Positions 20,043-30,231 of a DNA stretch of 64,000 nucleotides are shown one piece after another. The DNA is from Bacillota bacterium (GTDB taxonomy: Bacteria > Bacillota > JAAYKD01), in contig OY762825.2 of assembly GCA_963666425.2 (NCBI GenBank), forward strand, positions 768,001 to 832,000. Reading direction: 5' to 3'. The notes beneath the pieces were generated by a model. The model did no database searches, was not told where the DNA came from, and saw only the letters and a list, made by a program, of their open reading frames with translations. A program made the position numbers and the translations under genes. The stretch's first letter is position 1, and every line of letters starts with the position of its first letter.

Positions 20043-20130
20043 AACGGGGGAGCTTGTCAGCAGGCTGAGAGGAAGTAATCGAACTTCGACCCTTATACCT
20101 GATTTGGATAATGCCAACGGAGGAAGTGAT
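20043..20130 (+). ncRNA. TPP riboswitch
   Basis: GGGG..GC...GCTGAGA...GACCC...ACCTGAT..GGATAATGCCA.CGGAGGAA consensus upstream of thiamine genes. Confidence 0.93.
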
Positions 20131-20148
20131 AACTGCTTTGTTTAGCAT

Positions 20149-20177
20149 GGATATACCAGTCGGTATATCCTTTTTTT
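20149..20177 (+). terminator. Riboswitch expression-platform terminator
   Basis: GGATATACC-AGTC-GGTATATCC-T7. Confidence 0.85.
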
Positions 20178-20223
20178 ATGTTCTAATCCGAATTTGTCTA
20201 AATTCTGCAAGGAGACTTCTATT

Positions 20224-21390
20224 ATGGAAAATAAAAAAACTTCTACCTTCAGCCATGGATTGCTCTGGTTTGGCGCTGCAGTCTCGTTAGCTGAAATTAT
20301 GACCGGGACGCTGCTGGCGCCTTTGGGTTGGCAGCAGGGAATTACCGCTATCCTCAGCGGACATCTGATTGGCTGCCTGCTTTTTTACCTGGCCGGCTTG
20401 ATCGGAGCTAAAACCGGACGCAGTGCGATGGAAACGGTGAAACTGGCCTTTGGGCAAAAAGGTTCGCTGCTTTTTGCCAGTCTGAACATTCTGCAGCTGA
20501 TCGGCTGGACTGCCGTGATGATTTACAGTGGAGCTAACGCAGCCAGTATGATTTTTTTGCATGCCTCCAGCTGGATCTGGAGTCTGCTGATCTGCGGTTT
20601 CCTGATTCTCTGGCTGCTGATCGGGATGAAAAATCTGCATTGGCTGAATACAATTGCTATGACTGGTTTGTTTGCTTTGAGCATCCTGCTCAGCGTTTTG
20701 ATTTTCCGGCAGCGAGCACCGGCAGTTCTCAGCAGCGGTATCCGATTTGGCGCCGCGGTGGAGCTATCGGCAGCCATGCCGCTCTCCTGGCTGCCGCTGA
20801 TTTCAGATTATACCAGCAGTGCCCGCCATCCCAGAGCTGCTGCTCTGATCAGCGCTGTCGTTTACTTTTTTACCAGTTCCTGGATGTATCTGATTGGCAT
20901 GGCAGCTGCCATCTTAACTGGAGAATCTGACGTCACAGCGATTATGATCAAAGCCGGGTTTGGTTTAGCTGGCTTGTTCATTGTGATTTTTTCTACCGTC
21001 ACCACGACGTTTTTGGATGTCTTTTCTGCCGGTGTCAGTGCTTTCAGTATTACGAAACGCTGGTCTGTCAAGCAGACTGCCATTGCCGTCTGTTTGATTG
21101 GCACTCTGTTGGCGATTTTTACCCCGGTGGAGCAATTTGAGAGCTTTCTTTACTTCATTGGCTCGGTCTTTGCACCGATGATTGCCATCCAGGTGGTTGA
21201 CAATTTGATTTTTAAGCAGGATGCTTCACAGCAAAACTTGGGAAAAAAGAATCTGCTGCTTTGGCTGATTGGCTTTTTGCTTTACCGCTATTTTATGACC
21301 ATCAACACTCCGATCGGTAATACGCTGCCCGTCATGCTGATTATAGGCGGACTCTATCTGATCATCAGGCGATTCAAAGGAGGAAAATAG
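20224..21390 (+). CDS. cytX: Hydroxymethylpyrimidine transporter CytX
   Basis: WFGAAVSLAEI, MPLSWLPLISDY, STVTTTFLD; follows TPP riboswitch. Confidence 0.85.
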   Translation: MENKKTSTFSHGLLWFGAAVSLAEIMTGTLLAPLGWQQGITAILSGHLIGCLLFYLAGLIGAKTGRSAMETVKLAFGQKGSLLFASLNILQLIGWTAVMIYSGANAASMIFLHASSWIWSLLICGFLILWLLIGMKNLHWLNTIAMTGLFALSILLSVLIFRQRAPAVLSSGIRFGAAVELSAAMPLSWLPLISDYTSSARHPRAAALISAVVYFFTSSWMYLIGMAAAILTGESDVTAIMIKAGFGLAGLFIVIFSTVTTTFLDVFSAGVSAFSITKRWSVKQTAIAVCLIGTLLAIFTPVEQFESFLYFIGSVFAPMIAIQVVDNLIFKQDASQQNLGKKNLLLWLIGFLLYRYFMTINTPIGNTLPVMLIIGGLYLIIRRFKGGK

Positions 21391-21392
21391 AA

Positions 21393-22217
21393 ATGTTTGC
21401 TCAAATGCTGGAGAATACCAGGAAATTAAGTCCATTGATTCATTGCATCACCAATTATGTGACAGTTAATGACTGTGCCAATCTATTGCTGGCCTGCGGC
21501 GCCTCCCCTATTATGTCCGACGATGCCGCAGAAGTCGAAGAAATTACCTCAATCTGCAGCGGATTGGATTTGAACATCGGCACGCTGAATCAGCATACCG
21601 TTCCTGCTATGTTTTTAGCCGGGAAAAAGGCCAATGCCTGCCAGCATCCTGTCCTACTCGATCCGGTTGGGGCAGGCGCTTCCCGTTTCCGCAGTGAAAC
21701 CGCTTTGCGCTTACTGCAGGAAGTAAAATTCACGGTCGTACGCGGCAATAGTTCGGAAATCAAGGCTTTGGCTGCCGGCAGTGCTTCCACCAATGGCGTC
21801 GATGCGGCATTGGCAGATCGCATCACCGAGCAAAACCTGGATGAATCGATTGCTTACCTGCAAGCGTTTGCCAAAAAGCTGCAGAGTGTGGTGGCAGTAA
21901 CCGGCGTGATTGATCTGGTTACTGATGGCGAAACGGTCTATATCATCCGCAATGGCCATGCCATGATGAGCCAGATCACCGGCAGCGGCTGCATGCTTTC
22001 CGCTCTGATTACCGCTTATTTGGCAGCAAATCCAAAGCATGCGCTGGAAGCAACGGCTGCGGCAGTCAGCGCCATGGGCTTATGCGGCGAAATGGCCTAT
22101 ACGCGCTATCTGCATCATCATGCCGGCAATGCTTCTTACCGCACTTACCTGATCGATGCGGTCTATCAGCTGGACGGCAAGCAACTGGAAAGCGGTGCCA
22201 ACTATGAACGTCGCTAA
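21393..22217 (+). CDS. thiM: Hydroxyethylthiazole kinase
   Basis: PLIHCITNYVT, LDPVG, RGNSSEI, TGSGC. Confidence 0.93.
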   Translation: MFAQMLENTRKLSPLIHCITNYVTVNDCANLLLACGASPIMSDDAAEVEEITSICSGLDLNIGTLNQHTVPAMFLAGKKANACQHPVLLDPVGAGASRFRSETALRLLQEVKFTVVRGNSSEIKALAAGSASTNGVDAALADRITEQNLDESIAYLQAFAKKLQSVVAVTGVIDLVTDGETVYIIRNGHAMMSQITGSGCMLSALITAYLAANPKHALEATAAAVSAMGLCGEMAYTRYLHHHAGNASYRTYLIDAVYQLDGKQLESGANYERR

Positions 22218-22845
22218 AGATGCTTTGCTGCTCTATGCCGTGACCGATCGTTCCTGGCTGGCGGGCCGGACACTGACCCAAGCGGTGGAAGCATCGCTGC
22301 AGGGAGGGGTTACCTTTCTGCAGCTGCGCGAGAAAAGCCTGGATTTTTCAAGCTTTTTGAAGGAAGCCTTCTGCCTGAAAACACTCGCAGCCGCTTATCA
22401 TGTGCCTTTTGTGATCAATGATTCCGTTGAAATAGCACTGGCCTGCGATGCAGACGGCGTGCATGTCGGGCAAAGTGACCAAAGCGTGCGTCTAGCCCGC
22501 GCACTGCTGGGAAATTGTAAGATCATCGGAGCCTCTGTTCAGACGGTTGCACAAGCAAAACAAGCGGAGGCAGAGGGAGCAGATTACCTCGGTGTCGGTG
22601 CCGTCTTTGCTACTGCCTCCAAGCAAGATGCCGATGCGGTATCCCTCACACAACTGAAAGCCATCTGCCAGGCGGTTCGCCTGCCGGTGGTTGCCATCGG
22701 CGGCATCCAGCCACAGAATATTCTGCAGCTTGCCGGCAGCGGCATCGCAGGTGCCGCGATGATCTCAGCTATCTACGCCGAACCAGACATTCGAGTGGCT
22801 GCTGCACAATTGAAAACTCTTTGTCAACAGTGGCTGGCAAAATGA
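22204..22845 (+). CDS. thiE: Thiamine phosphate synthase
   Basis: QLREK, IND, DGVHVGQSD, VAIGGI. Confidence 0.93.
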   Translation: MNVAKDALLLYAVTDRSWLAGRTLTQAVEASLQGGVTFLQLREKSLDFSSFLKEAFCLKTLAAAYHVPFVINDSVEIALACDADGVHVGQSDQSVRLARALLGNCKIIGASVQTVAQAKQAEAEGADYLGVGAVFATASKQDADAVSLTQLKAICQAVRLPVVAIGGIQPQNILQLAGSGIAGAAMISAIYAEPDIRVAAAQLKTLCQQWLAK

Positions 22846-22870
22846 AAATAGGAAAGGGTGACTCCTCACG

Positions 22871-23665
22871 ATGAAAAAAGTACTGACCATTGCCGGTTCC
22901 GACTGCAGCGGCGGGGCGGGGATTCAGGCCGACATTAAAACCATAACAGCACATAAAATGTATGCGATGAGCGTGATCACTGCTCTGACGGCGCAAAATA
23001 CCACCGGAGTCTACGGCATCATGGAAGCAACACCGGAATTTGTTGCTCAACAGATCACTTGTGTTTTCCAGGATATCCGCCCCGATGCGGTAAAAATCGG
23101 CATGGTATCTAGCAGTCAGATCATCCAGGCAATCGCCGGCCAGTTAAAAGAATACAAAGCGGAAAACATCGTGCTCGACCCGGTGATGGTTTCCACCAGC
23201 GGCAGCCAATTAATTTCCGAGCAAGCGCTGCAAACCTTGATCAAGGAATTGCTGCCTTTGGCTGCGGTGATCACACCTAACATTCCGGAGGCTAGCATTC
23301 TTTGCGGTTTTCCCATCCACAATCAGGAAGAGATGCAGCGCGCGGCAGCTGTCATCGCAAAAACGTTGGATGGCGCCGTGCTGATTAAGGGAGGTCACCT
23401 GGTCAGTGAGGCAACCGATTTGCTCTATGTCAACGGTACGGCAACCTGGTTTTCTGCTCCACGCATCAACAACCCCAATACGCATGGTACCGGCTGCACC
23501 TTGTCCTCTGCGATTGCCTGCAACCTGGCGGCCGGCAAGACGCTGGCAGACAGTATCACCGCTGCAAAAAAATATCTTTCCGGTGCCCTAGAAGCCGGTC
23601 TTAATCTTGGCCGGGGCAGCGGGCCTTTGGATCATACCTATCGGATCAACGACTGGGTCTGCTAA
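22871..23665 (+). CDS. thiD: HMP/HMP-P kinase
   Basis: IAGSDCSGGAGIQAD, LDPVM, KGGH, HGTGCTLS. Confidence 0.95.
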   Translation: MKKVLTIAGSDCSGGAGIQADIKTITAHKMYAMSVITALTAQNTTGVYGIMEATPEFVAQQITCVFQDIRPDAVKIGMVSSSQIIQAIAGQLKEYKAENIVLDPVMVSTSGSQLISEQALQTLIKELLPLAAVITPNIPEASILCGFPIHNQEEMQRAAAVIAKTLDGAVLIKGGHLVSEATDLLYVNGTATWFSAPRINNPNTHGTGCTLSSAIACNLAAGKTLADSITAAKKYLSGALEAGLNLGRGSGPLDHTYRINDWVC

Positions 23666-23872
23666 AACCTGCTATTTCAGATGAAACCTCTTATCGCCTC
23701 ACCATCTTATCGGATCCGGGCAACCTTCCTGTCAGTAAGCTCCTTTTCGCTTCGTATCGCACTGTCGCTTTTCGCTTTATACTGAAGATGCGCAAGAAAG
23801 AATTGATTTTTAACGCATGGCTGTATATAATATGTTCGAACTAATTGACTTCGAAGCAAAGGAGCCTCTGTT

Positions 23873-24553
23873 ATGAAAAGATTAATCGTATTTCTGAATG
23901 CCATCCTGGCCGGCTTTTCGATCGGTTTGGGGGGAACGGTTTTCCTGAAATTAAAGGATGCCTTTCCCGGCGGCAATGTAGTTGGCGCGCTGCTTTTTAC
24001 CGTAGGTCTCTTCCTCGTTTGCACCAGAGGCTACAGCCTTTATACAGGAAAGGTCTGCTATATCTTCGACAATAAGCCTTCCTATTTATTGGATGTGCTG
24101 ATCATCTGGATCGGCAATTTACTTGGCTGCTTATTGATTGCGGGATTGGAAAATCTGACAACCATGAGCGGAGTGACTGCCGGGATCAATGTCACCGCTG
24201 CAGCGATGGTGGCCGGAAAACTCAATTCTTCCCTGTTAAGCCTCTTTATCTTAGGTGCTTTTTGTAATATTTTCATCTTCATTGGCGTCAACGGTTATGT
24301 CAAGAATCCGCATGAACTGGGTAAATATCTGGCGATGTTCTTAGGCGTTTCCATCTTTATTATCTGCGGAACCGAGCACAGCGTAGCCGATATGTATTAT
24401 ATGGCCGTTTCAAAAACCCTCTTCACGCAGCCGGCCGAATGTTTTTTACGTCTCTTTGTGATTACGCTCGGCAATCTGGTCGGCGGTGTCTTCCTGCCGC
24501 TGATGGAAAAGCTGAGAGAAAAACTGGCGGAAGAGAAAAAAATAGCTGCTTGA
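23873..24553 (+). CDS. Formate/nitrite transporter family protein
   Basis: LYTG, GNLLG, EHSVADM, TLGNLVGG. Confidence 0.85.
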   Translation: MKRLIVFLNAILAGFSIGLGGTVFLKLKDAFPGGNVVGALLFTVGLFLVCTRGYSLYTGKVCYIFDNKPSYLLDVLIIWIGNLLGCLLIAGLENLTTMSGVTAGINVTAAAMVAGKLNSSLLSLFILGAFCNIFIFIGVNGYVKNPHELGKYLAMFLGVSIFIICGTEHSVADMYYMAVSKTLFTQPAECFLRLFVITLGNLVGGVFLPLMEKLREKLAEEKKIAA

Positions 24554-24559
24554 TTTCGT

Positions 24560-24594
24560 AAAAAAAGCACGACGCATGCATCGTGCTTTTTTTT
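24560..24594 (+). terminator. Intrinsic terminator
   Basis: AAAAAAAGCACGA...TCGTGCTTTTTTTT. Confidence 0.75.
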
Positions 24595-24666
24595 ATCGAT
24601 TGACTCCTTTTTTTAACAGAGTATAATGAAACCAATGCAACAAATTCACGCCATCAGGAGAACTCT

Positions 24667-25548
24667 ATGAACGCAAAAAGGAATCTGATCCTGTCCATGA
24701 CGGCATTCGGTACCATCGGACTCTTTGTTAGAAATATCCCACTGACCTCGGCAGAAATCGCTTTTTTTCGAGCCGTGATCGCAGCGGTTTGTTTGCTCAT
24801 CTATAAATTGGTCACAAAATCTCAACTCCGATTCTCCGAGATTAAAAGTGATTTACCGCTGCTCTTCTTATCCGGAGCAGCCATGGGTTTCAACTGGGTT
24901 TTCTTGTTTGAAGCGTATCAGTATACCAGCATCTCTCTTGCTACGATGAGTTATTATTTTGCACCGGTGATTGTCATGGTTGTCAGTCCGCTTCTATTCC
25001 ATGAAAAGCTGACGCGCGCTCAGATCTTTTGCTTTATGATGTCCACTATCGGCTTGATTCTGGTGATCAGCAACGGTAGTTTCTCCGGCGGCAGTCAAAA
25101 TTTAAAAGGCATTCTGTTTGGGCTCGGCGCGGCGCTGTTCTATGCCACTGTCATCCTGCTCAACAAAAGCATCCGCAAGGTTAGCGGCATCGATCGTACA
25201 CTGCTGCAATTTTTGGCAGTGATTTTCGTCTTATTTCCTTATTTGCAGCTCAGCGGCGGCATTCATACCGCAACGCTGACAAGCTTTGGTTTGATCAATC
25301 TCCTCTTCGTGGGTGTTCTGCATACCGGCATCACCTATTGCCTCTATTTGTCTTCCCTGAAAGACTTGAAGGGTCAGGAAGCGGCACTTCTCAGTTATAT
25401 CGACCCTTTGGTGGCGGTGCTGATTTCCGTCTTATTTTTAAAGGAAAACATTACCTGGCAGCAAATCCTTGGCGGTCTGATGATTTTAGGATTTACGCTG
25501 CTCAATGAAATCAAAGCGAAACAAACCCCCACCAATGCGGACGACTGA
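24667..25548 (+). CDS. EamA/DMT family transporter
   Basis: About 10 TM segments in two repeats; YYFAP, SYIDP motifs. Confidence 0.85.
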   Translation: MNAKRNLILSMTAFGTIGLFVRNIPLTSAEIAFFRAVIAAVCLLIYKLVTKSQLRFSEIKSDLPLLFLSGAAMGFNWVFLFEAYQYTSISLATMSYYFAPVIVMVVSPLLFHEKLTRAQIFCFMMSTIGLILVISNGSFSGGSQNLKGILFGLGAALFYATVILLNKSIRKVSGIDRTLLQFLAVIFVLFPYLQLSGGIHTATLTSFGLINLLFVGVLHTGITYCLYLSSLKDLKGQEAALLSYIDPLVAVLISVLFLKENITWQQILGGLMILGFTLLNEIKAKQTPTNADD

Positions 25549-25604
25549 CGCGATCCACCGCGGCCATCCGTTGCAGAATCGATGGCTGTCTCCTATTACC
25601 CAAC

Positions 25605-25646
25605 AAAAAAAGCGTTGCCTTGCATCCAGCGAGACAACGCTTTTTC
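25605..25646. terminator. Bidirectional terminator
   Basis: AAAAAAAGCGTTG...CAACGCTTTTT between convergent genes. Confidence 0.7.
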
Positions 25647-25654
25647 TATTTTCC

Positions 25655-27175
25655 TTATTGCAGCCATTCGCCGTTCAATAAATCCTTGGCGTCCCGTGTC
25701 AGCGGAATTAAATCCTGCCGGTTCAGATAAGCGAGATCGAATTTGCGGTTGAGGGCGGCAAAATGCTTTACACCAAAAGCAATTTTATTCAGGTAGGAGA
25801 AGACACCGATGGCACCCGGAGAAAAATCATCGGCTTTTTTGCCGTAAATCGCCCGCAGATCGGCTAAGTCACCGTAAATTTCTTCGATCGTGCTGCCGTA
25901 TTTCTTGAATTGATTGGGAACTTTGCCTTCCTTGATCTGCGCTCCGATTTTCTTACCCATCATGGCAGCAGCCATCGAGGCACGGCAGATGCCAATGGCA
26001 GTAACCATACCATTGCCCAAAGCCAAAGACTTAAATACCTGATCTTCGGAAGCAAATCCTCCCGTGATCGCAATAGCAGGCAGCCAGTCCACTTCTTTTT
26101 TCAAGCTCTCCACAATGGAACAAATTTTCTCTTCCATCACAACGGTAGGATAACCCCATTCGTTCATCATTTTGTTGGGGCTGTAGCCGCTGCCGCCGCC
26201 TGCACCATCAAAGGTGATCAGATCGACTTTGGCTTTGCTGCCGATCAACAAGACCTGCTTCAGATCTTGCGGATCGTAACCTGCCATTTTAAAGTAGATA
26301 TTCTTGGCGCCCATAGCTCTTAATTCGGCAATCCGCGCTACCAAATACGCTTCATCCCAGAGCGGCAAACGAGAATAGGAATAGAAATTCGGACAGACAC
26401 CTGCCTGAGCCGCCTGTGCCATGGCTGGTGTGCCGGGATCCGGATAGACCAAAACCCCTGCGGCTTGTTTTTTCAGTGCTTCCTCGTAGTTTTTCAGACG
26501 GATCACCGGCTGCGTACCCTTAGCACTTTGACCAAATTTGAACTCGATGGCTTCGGCACCTTCGACTTGGATGGCATATTCCGGCACACCCATCCTGTCA
26601 TCTTCGGTGTTGCACTGCAGAATGATCTGACCATAACCGCGGTCATATTGACGGAAAGCATCCAGCATTTGCTTTAAAGCGGGAAAATGGCTGACCTTAC
26701 CGTCTTTGACCTGCAGCAGCGGATCTTTGTTTCTGGCATCTTCTCCGATGGTGCAGCAGACGCCCGCCATGGCGGCACCGGCAAAATAATCGGGCCAATT
26801 CATTTTGATCAGCGCCGGCAGAATGATTGGCATGGCCAATTTCACCGGGTGGCAGCTGCCGAATTCACGTTCCAATTTGACATGGTAGATATTTGCTTCC
26901 TCAAAAGTTGGATTTGCGCCCTGTGCGCCAAAGACATGCCCGTTGATGTTGAAGTGAGAAAAATCAATGGGATAATCTTTTTCCGAGGCGATTTGATTGG
27001 CGCCGGTATTGGTAGGATAGACGGCCTGCATGCCCAAAACGGCAGCCAGGGCAATCTCGCAGGTGCCGTTGCATTCCTCTGTACAAAAGGAACACATACC
27101 GGACTGGGGAGAGATATGAACGCTGCGATTGCTGGTGTCGTTAAAGGCTGACGATAGCTTTGGTGAATAACTCAT
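25655..27175 (-). CDS. FMN-binding glutamate synthase family protein
   Basis: N-terminal CxxCxxxCxGxC, EFKFGQSAKG, TFDGAGGGSG. Confidence 0.8.
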   Translation of the reverse strand: MSYSPKLSSAFNDTSNRSVHISPQSGMCSFCTEECNGTCEIALAAVLGMQAVYPTNTGANQIASEKDYPIDFSHFNINGHVFGAQGANPTFEEANIYHVKLEREFGSCHPVKLAMPIILPALIKMNWPDYFAGAAMAGVCCTIGEDARNKDPLLQVKDGKVSHFPALKQMLDAFRQYDRGYGQIILQCNTEDDRMGVPEYAIQVEGAEAIEFKFGQSAKGTQPVIRLKNYEEALKKQAAGVLVYPDPGTPAMAQAAQAGVCPNFYSYSRLPLWDEAYLVARIAELRAMGAKNIYFKMAGYDPQDLKQVLLIGSKAKVDLITFDGAGGGSGYSPNKMMNEWGYPTVVMEEKICSIVESLKKEVDWLPAIAITGGFASEDQVFKSLALGNGMVTAIGICRASMAAAMMGKKIGAQIKEGKVPNQFKKYGSTIEEIYGDLADLRAIYGKKADDFSPGAIGVFSYLNKIAFGVKHFAALNRKFDLAYLNRQDLIPLTRDAKDLLNGEWLQ

Positions 27176-27331
27176 TGGTGATCCCCCTTTGATTGCTTCG
27201 CATAGTCGGATCGATTGAATTGCGCTTGCTTCGCTGCCTTCTAGTTTTCACTTTTCTGCTGTGTTTTCCTGCTCAATTTAACTGCGAAAGAAAAAAACGC
27301 TTTGAATGCTCTTACAATGAGAAAATGAAAC

Positions 27332-27700
27332 TCACTGCATTCGCTGCTGATAGAGTCCGTCATGAATGTCAGCCAACAAAGTAAGCTTGCCTTCAGCAAA
27401 AGCACTGAGATTATCCTGTAAGGAAGTACCATCAATTTCATAGATCTTAATCTTGGCAGATTGTATCAATTCTGCAGCATTTTTTCCGCAGCGCGGTGTC
27501 AGCAAGGCATCAACTTTTTCGTCCACTACCAGCTGAGCAGCCTTCTTCCCGGCCCCCTCTTGCACAGCTGCGCTGCTGTTGTCTAAAAAGCGACTCTCTT
27601 TGGTTTTGGTATCATAAATCAGAAAATACGGTGTGCGCCCAAAGAGAATACAGATATTTGTGTTCATGTTGCAATCACTCACTGGTATTGCTAATTTCAT
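27332..27700 (-). CDS. NifB/NifX (FeMo-cofactor biosynthesis-like) family protein
   Basis: MKLAIP, FGRTPYF, GAG..AAQ, CGKNA. Confidence 0.8.
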   Translation of the reverse strand: MKLAIPVSDCNMNTNICILFGRTPYFLIYDTKTKESRFLDNSSAAVQEGAGKKAAQLVVDEKVDALLTPRCGKNAAELIQSAKIKIYEIDGTSLQDNLSAFAEGKLTLLADIHDGLYQQRMQ

Positions 27701-27819
27701 CGAAAACTCCCCCATTCAATTTGATTTTTTATATAAAGCGTCCTTCGCTGCGAGCTTGACTGGAGACTCTGGTTGATTCCCAAACAAGTTTTTCCCTGTT
27801 GTTATGTTACAGAGGACAA

Positions 27820-28191
27820 TCACACTTCAGTTTTAACGAAATTCCTGCCACAGCGGTTTCTCCGACAGCTGCCGCCTAAACAAGCTTCACCCAAACCATC
27901 GCATAGTCGATATTCGCCGCCTTCGATCAGCAAAACTTTTCCGTTGACCAAAGACTCGGCCAGCTTTCTTCTTGCTTCGGTATAAATTCCCTGCACGGTT
28001 GTGCGGGCAACATTCATTTGAGCGGCACAGGCTTCCTGTGTAAAACCTTCTAAATCAATCAAGCGGATCGTTTCATATTCATCCACGGTCATAATCATCT
28101 GATTTACTGGATCAGAATGGACATCCAACGGTCCATATTTATTGCTGTCCGGCAGGCAGCAGACTTTTCTCCATTTTAGTGGCCTTGGCAT
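27820..28191 (-). CDS. DUF134 family DNA-binding protein
   Basis: MPRP.K.R, EYETIRLID.EG.TQE.CA..M.VARTT, ARRKLA. Confidence 0.85.
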   Translation of the reverse strand: MPRPLKWRKVCCLPDSNKYGPLDVHSDPVNQMIMTVDEYETIRLIDLEGFTQEACAAQMNVARTTVQGIYTEARRKLAESLVNGKVLLIEGGEYRLCDGLGEACLGGSCRRNRCGRNFVKTEV

Positions 28192-28598
28192 CGCTGTTTC
28201 ACCTCCCTTTTCAAACTGTACTTTCAATGTTCTGATCTGCATGCGAACGATTTCCTAATGCTTTTCGCTCATTTCCGAGCCGTTCTTCCGCTTGATTTGC
28301 TGCTGCGTTCCTCCTCTGCTTCGAAGAAAATGAATCCGTCTCACAGCTTGGAGAAGCAGCCACGCTCCAACTGCTTTCTTCGATCTTGCTGCAACCGCCT
28401 TCCTTTGTTATTGACATATACCATTTATGCTTTGATTATACTCGATTTCCGAACTATGTCAATAAACAGGAAGATTTTTTTCAAAAAAAAGCGGAGGAGT
28501 GACTGAACGCCACTTCCCCGCACGGATCAAATTGTTCTGTAAGCACTGCATTTGCTTCGCTTTTACTGTCACCGAATCTTTGGAGATGCTCTCCCTTA

Positions 28599-29357
28599 CT
28601 AATCTGCTAAGACGCGGAACAACAGCATGGCAATAAAACTGACAGTATAACCTAAATTCTCCATATTTTCCTGTGAAACCTTGGCCAATTGCCAATTACT
28701 TGTTTTGCTGTCTAATTGCACAGTTTCCCTTTGAAAAGCTCGTTTGAAGGCTTGTTTGACTCGGTAAGAACGGTAACGTCTGATGCTGCTAAAAAGAAAT
28801 TCCGCCAACGCAATACCCAGCAATGTCAGGTCCGGTATTTTTCGGAAAAGCAGCCAGATAACGCCAAGAAAAAAACTCCATAAAAGAATATTACTCAATT
28901 CTCCCAGGATAAAATCCCTGGCAGGTGACAGGTTTGCACTATATTTCTGATTGCTCGCATAAAAGCGAGCATCATCTGCCATTCCATCAAGGCTCGAAAA
29001 AACAGCATATGTTTTGTTTAAGCCAAAATAAGACCTTTTTTTAGAGTAAACCAAATCCCAGCCATCCGCATAGAATGACTCCAATAAGGAGCTTTCCAAG
29101 ACAGAGGCATCCAGCAGCAAGCGATAGGAACGTTTCTGAGGTCCCAGCTGATCGTAAATCAATACATTTCCCAGTTGATTTACCTCCCGCAAGAGGAAGC
29201 CCTTGCTGCTTTTATCTGCAAGATAAGCCTGCATTTCCGCAAAAAGAAACATATCGAATGGAATCCTTTCCTGAAAAACCGTTGTTTCGATCGGCGTCTC
29301 ACGATGAATCGTTGCCTCTCCGACTGTATCCTCACGGATGAATGTCTGCTTTTCCAT
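28599..29357 (-). CDS. Hypothetical membrane protein (DUF2812-like)
   Basis: AAGGAG RBS; YLADKSSKGF, FYADGWDLV, C-terminal TM helices. Confidence 0.5.
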   Translation of the reverse strand: MEKQTFIREDTVGEATIHRETPIETTVFQERIPFDMFLFAEMQAYLADKSSKGFLLREVNQLGNVLIYDQLGPQKRSYRLLLDASVLESSLLESFYADGWDLVYSKKRSYFGLNKTYAVFSSLDGMADDARFYASNQKYSANLSPARDFILGELSNILLWSFFLGVIWLLFRKIPDLTLLGIALAEFLFSSIRRYRSYRVKQAFKRAFQRETVQLDSKTSNWQLAKVSQENMENLGYTVSFIAMLLFRVLAD

Positions 29358-29369
29358 TTTTACTCCTTC

Positions 29370-29499
29370 TGTGCCAAGGGGACGGGGGTGTTGGCACAAA
29401 CAATCTTTTAGTCTTCGCTATTAATCAAAGCTATCAAATTTGTCTTGAGACTAAAAAGCAGCAGAATCTGTGTGCCAACACCCCCGTCCCCTTGGCACA
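29370..29499. repeat. Inverted pair of 29-bp REP-like palindromes (29370-29398, 29471-29499)
   Basis: TGTGCCAAGGGGACGGGGGTGTTGGCACA and its exact reverse complement, 72-nt spacer. Confidence 0.9.
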
Positions 29500-30029
29500 T
29501 AATCGATTCGGCGCAGTTCATAATCCACCGAGGACTGCCAGACACCCAACTGATCCTGCCAGGCATCGCGATTGACCGCCTTTTTTTGAAAACCGATTTT
29601 CTCATAGACATGCTGGGCTCTCGTATTGAGCAGATTTGTATCCAGTAAAATTCGGTCGATGCATGCTGACTGATTCAGCGCTTCATCCAAAAACAAATAA
29701 TCGATCAGCATAGAAAGCAAACGGCTGCCATAACCTTTATTTTGATAGGAAGCATCGCAGATTTTAATCCCGATTTCTGCAGCATGATCCGCAATCCGGT
29801 AACTCATTTCACCAACTCGTGTAGAATCAATTTCAATGATACACAATTGCGACAAGCCATTGGCATTCTTACCGATTTGCTGCAGCGTCCGCTCGATTGT
29901 TTGGCCAAGTCCATTGGGAAATCCGGCATGTGCCATGATTTCACCATCATTCCACCAAGTTGTTAAAATGGCAGCGTCTGTCGCAACAGCGCTGCGGATG
30001 AGTAAATTCTCTTGCTCTATCTTCATCAT
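29451..30029 (-). CDS. GNAT (RimJ/RimL-like) N-acetyltransferase
   Basis: YQNKGYG acetyl-CoA motif, N.RAQHVYEKIGF; last codons run through a REP copy. Confidence 0.85.
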   Translation of the reverse strand: MMKIEQENLLIRSAVATDAAILTTWWNDGEIMAHAGFPNGLGQTIERTLQQIGKNANGLSQLCIIEIDSTRVGEMSYRIADHAAEIGIKICDASYQNKGYGSRLLSMLIDYLFLDEALNQSACIDRILLDTNLLNTRAQHVYEKIGFQKKAVNRDAWQDQLGVWQSSVDYELRRIDYVPRGRGCWHTDSAAF

Positions 30030-30154
30030 TGACTCCATCCATTCTCTGAATTGATTGCTTACCTGCTTTTCTGGATTCGAGGAGAAAAAGCCCGCATAGC
30101 CTGATGGATCCAGTATAGCACTGATTCTTTGCGTAGTAAACCCTTCAGTTACCA

Positions 30155-30231
30155 TGTTCCAAGGGGACGGGGGTGTTGGCACAACTTTGTGCCAACACCC
30201 CCGTCCCCTTGGAACACGTCCCCTTGGAACA
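30155..30231. repeat. Inverted REP-like pair (30155-30183, 30188-30216) plus 15-bp tandem duplication
   Basis: Same 29-mer (TGTTCCAA variant), 4-nt spacer; CGTCCCCTTGGAACA repeated at 30217-30231. Confidence 0.9.

Noticed and set aside
29370-30231. 29-bp repeats as CRISPR repeats or IS ends
   Set aside because: Inverted orientation, irregular spacing, no transposase or cas gene between them
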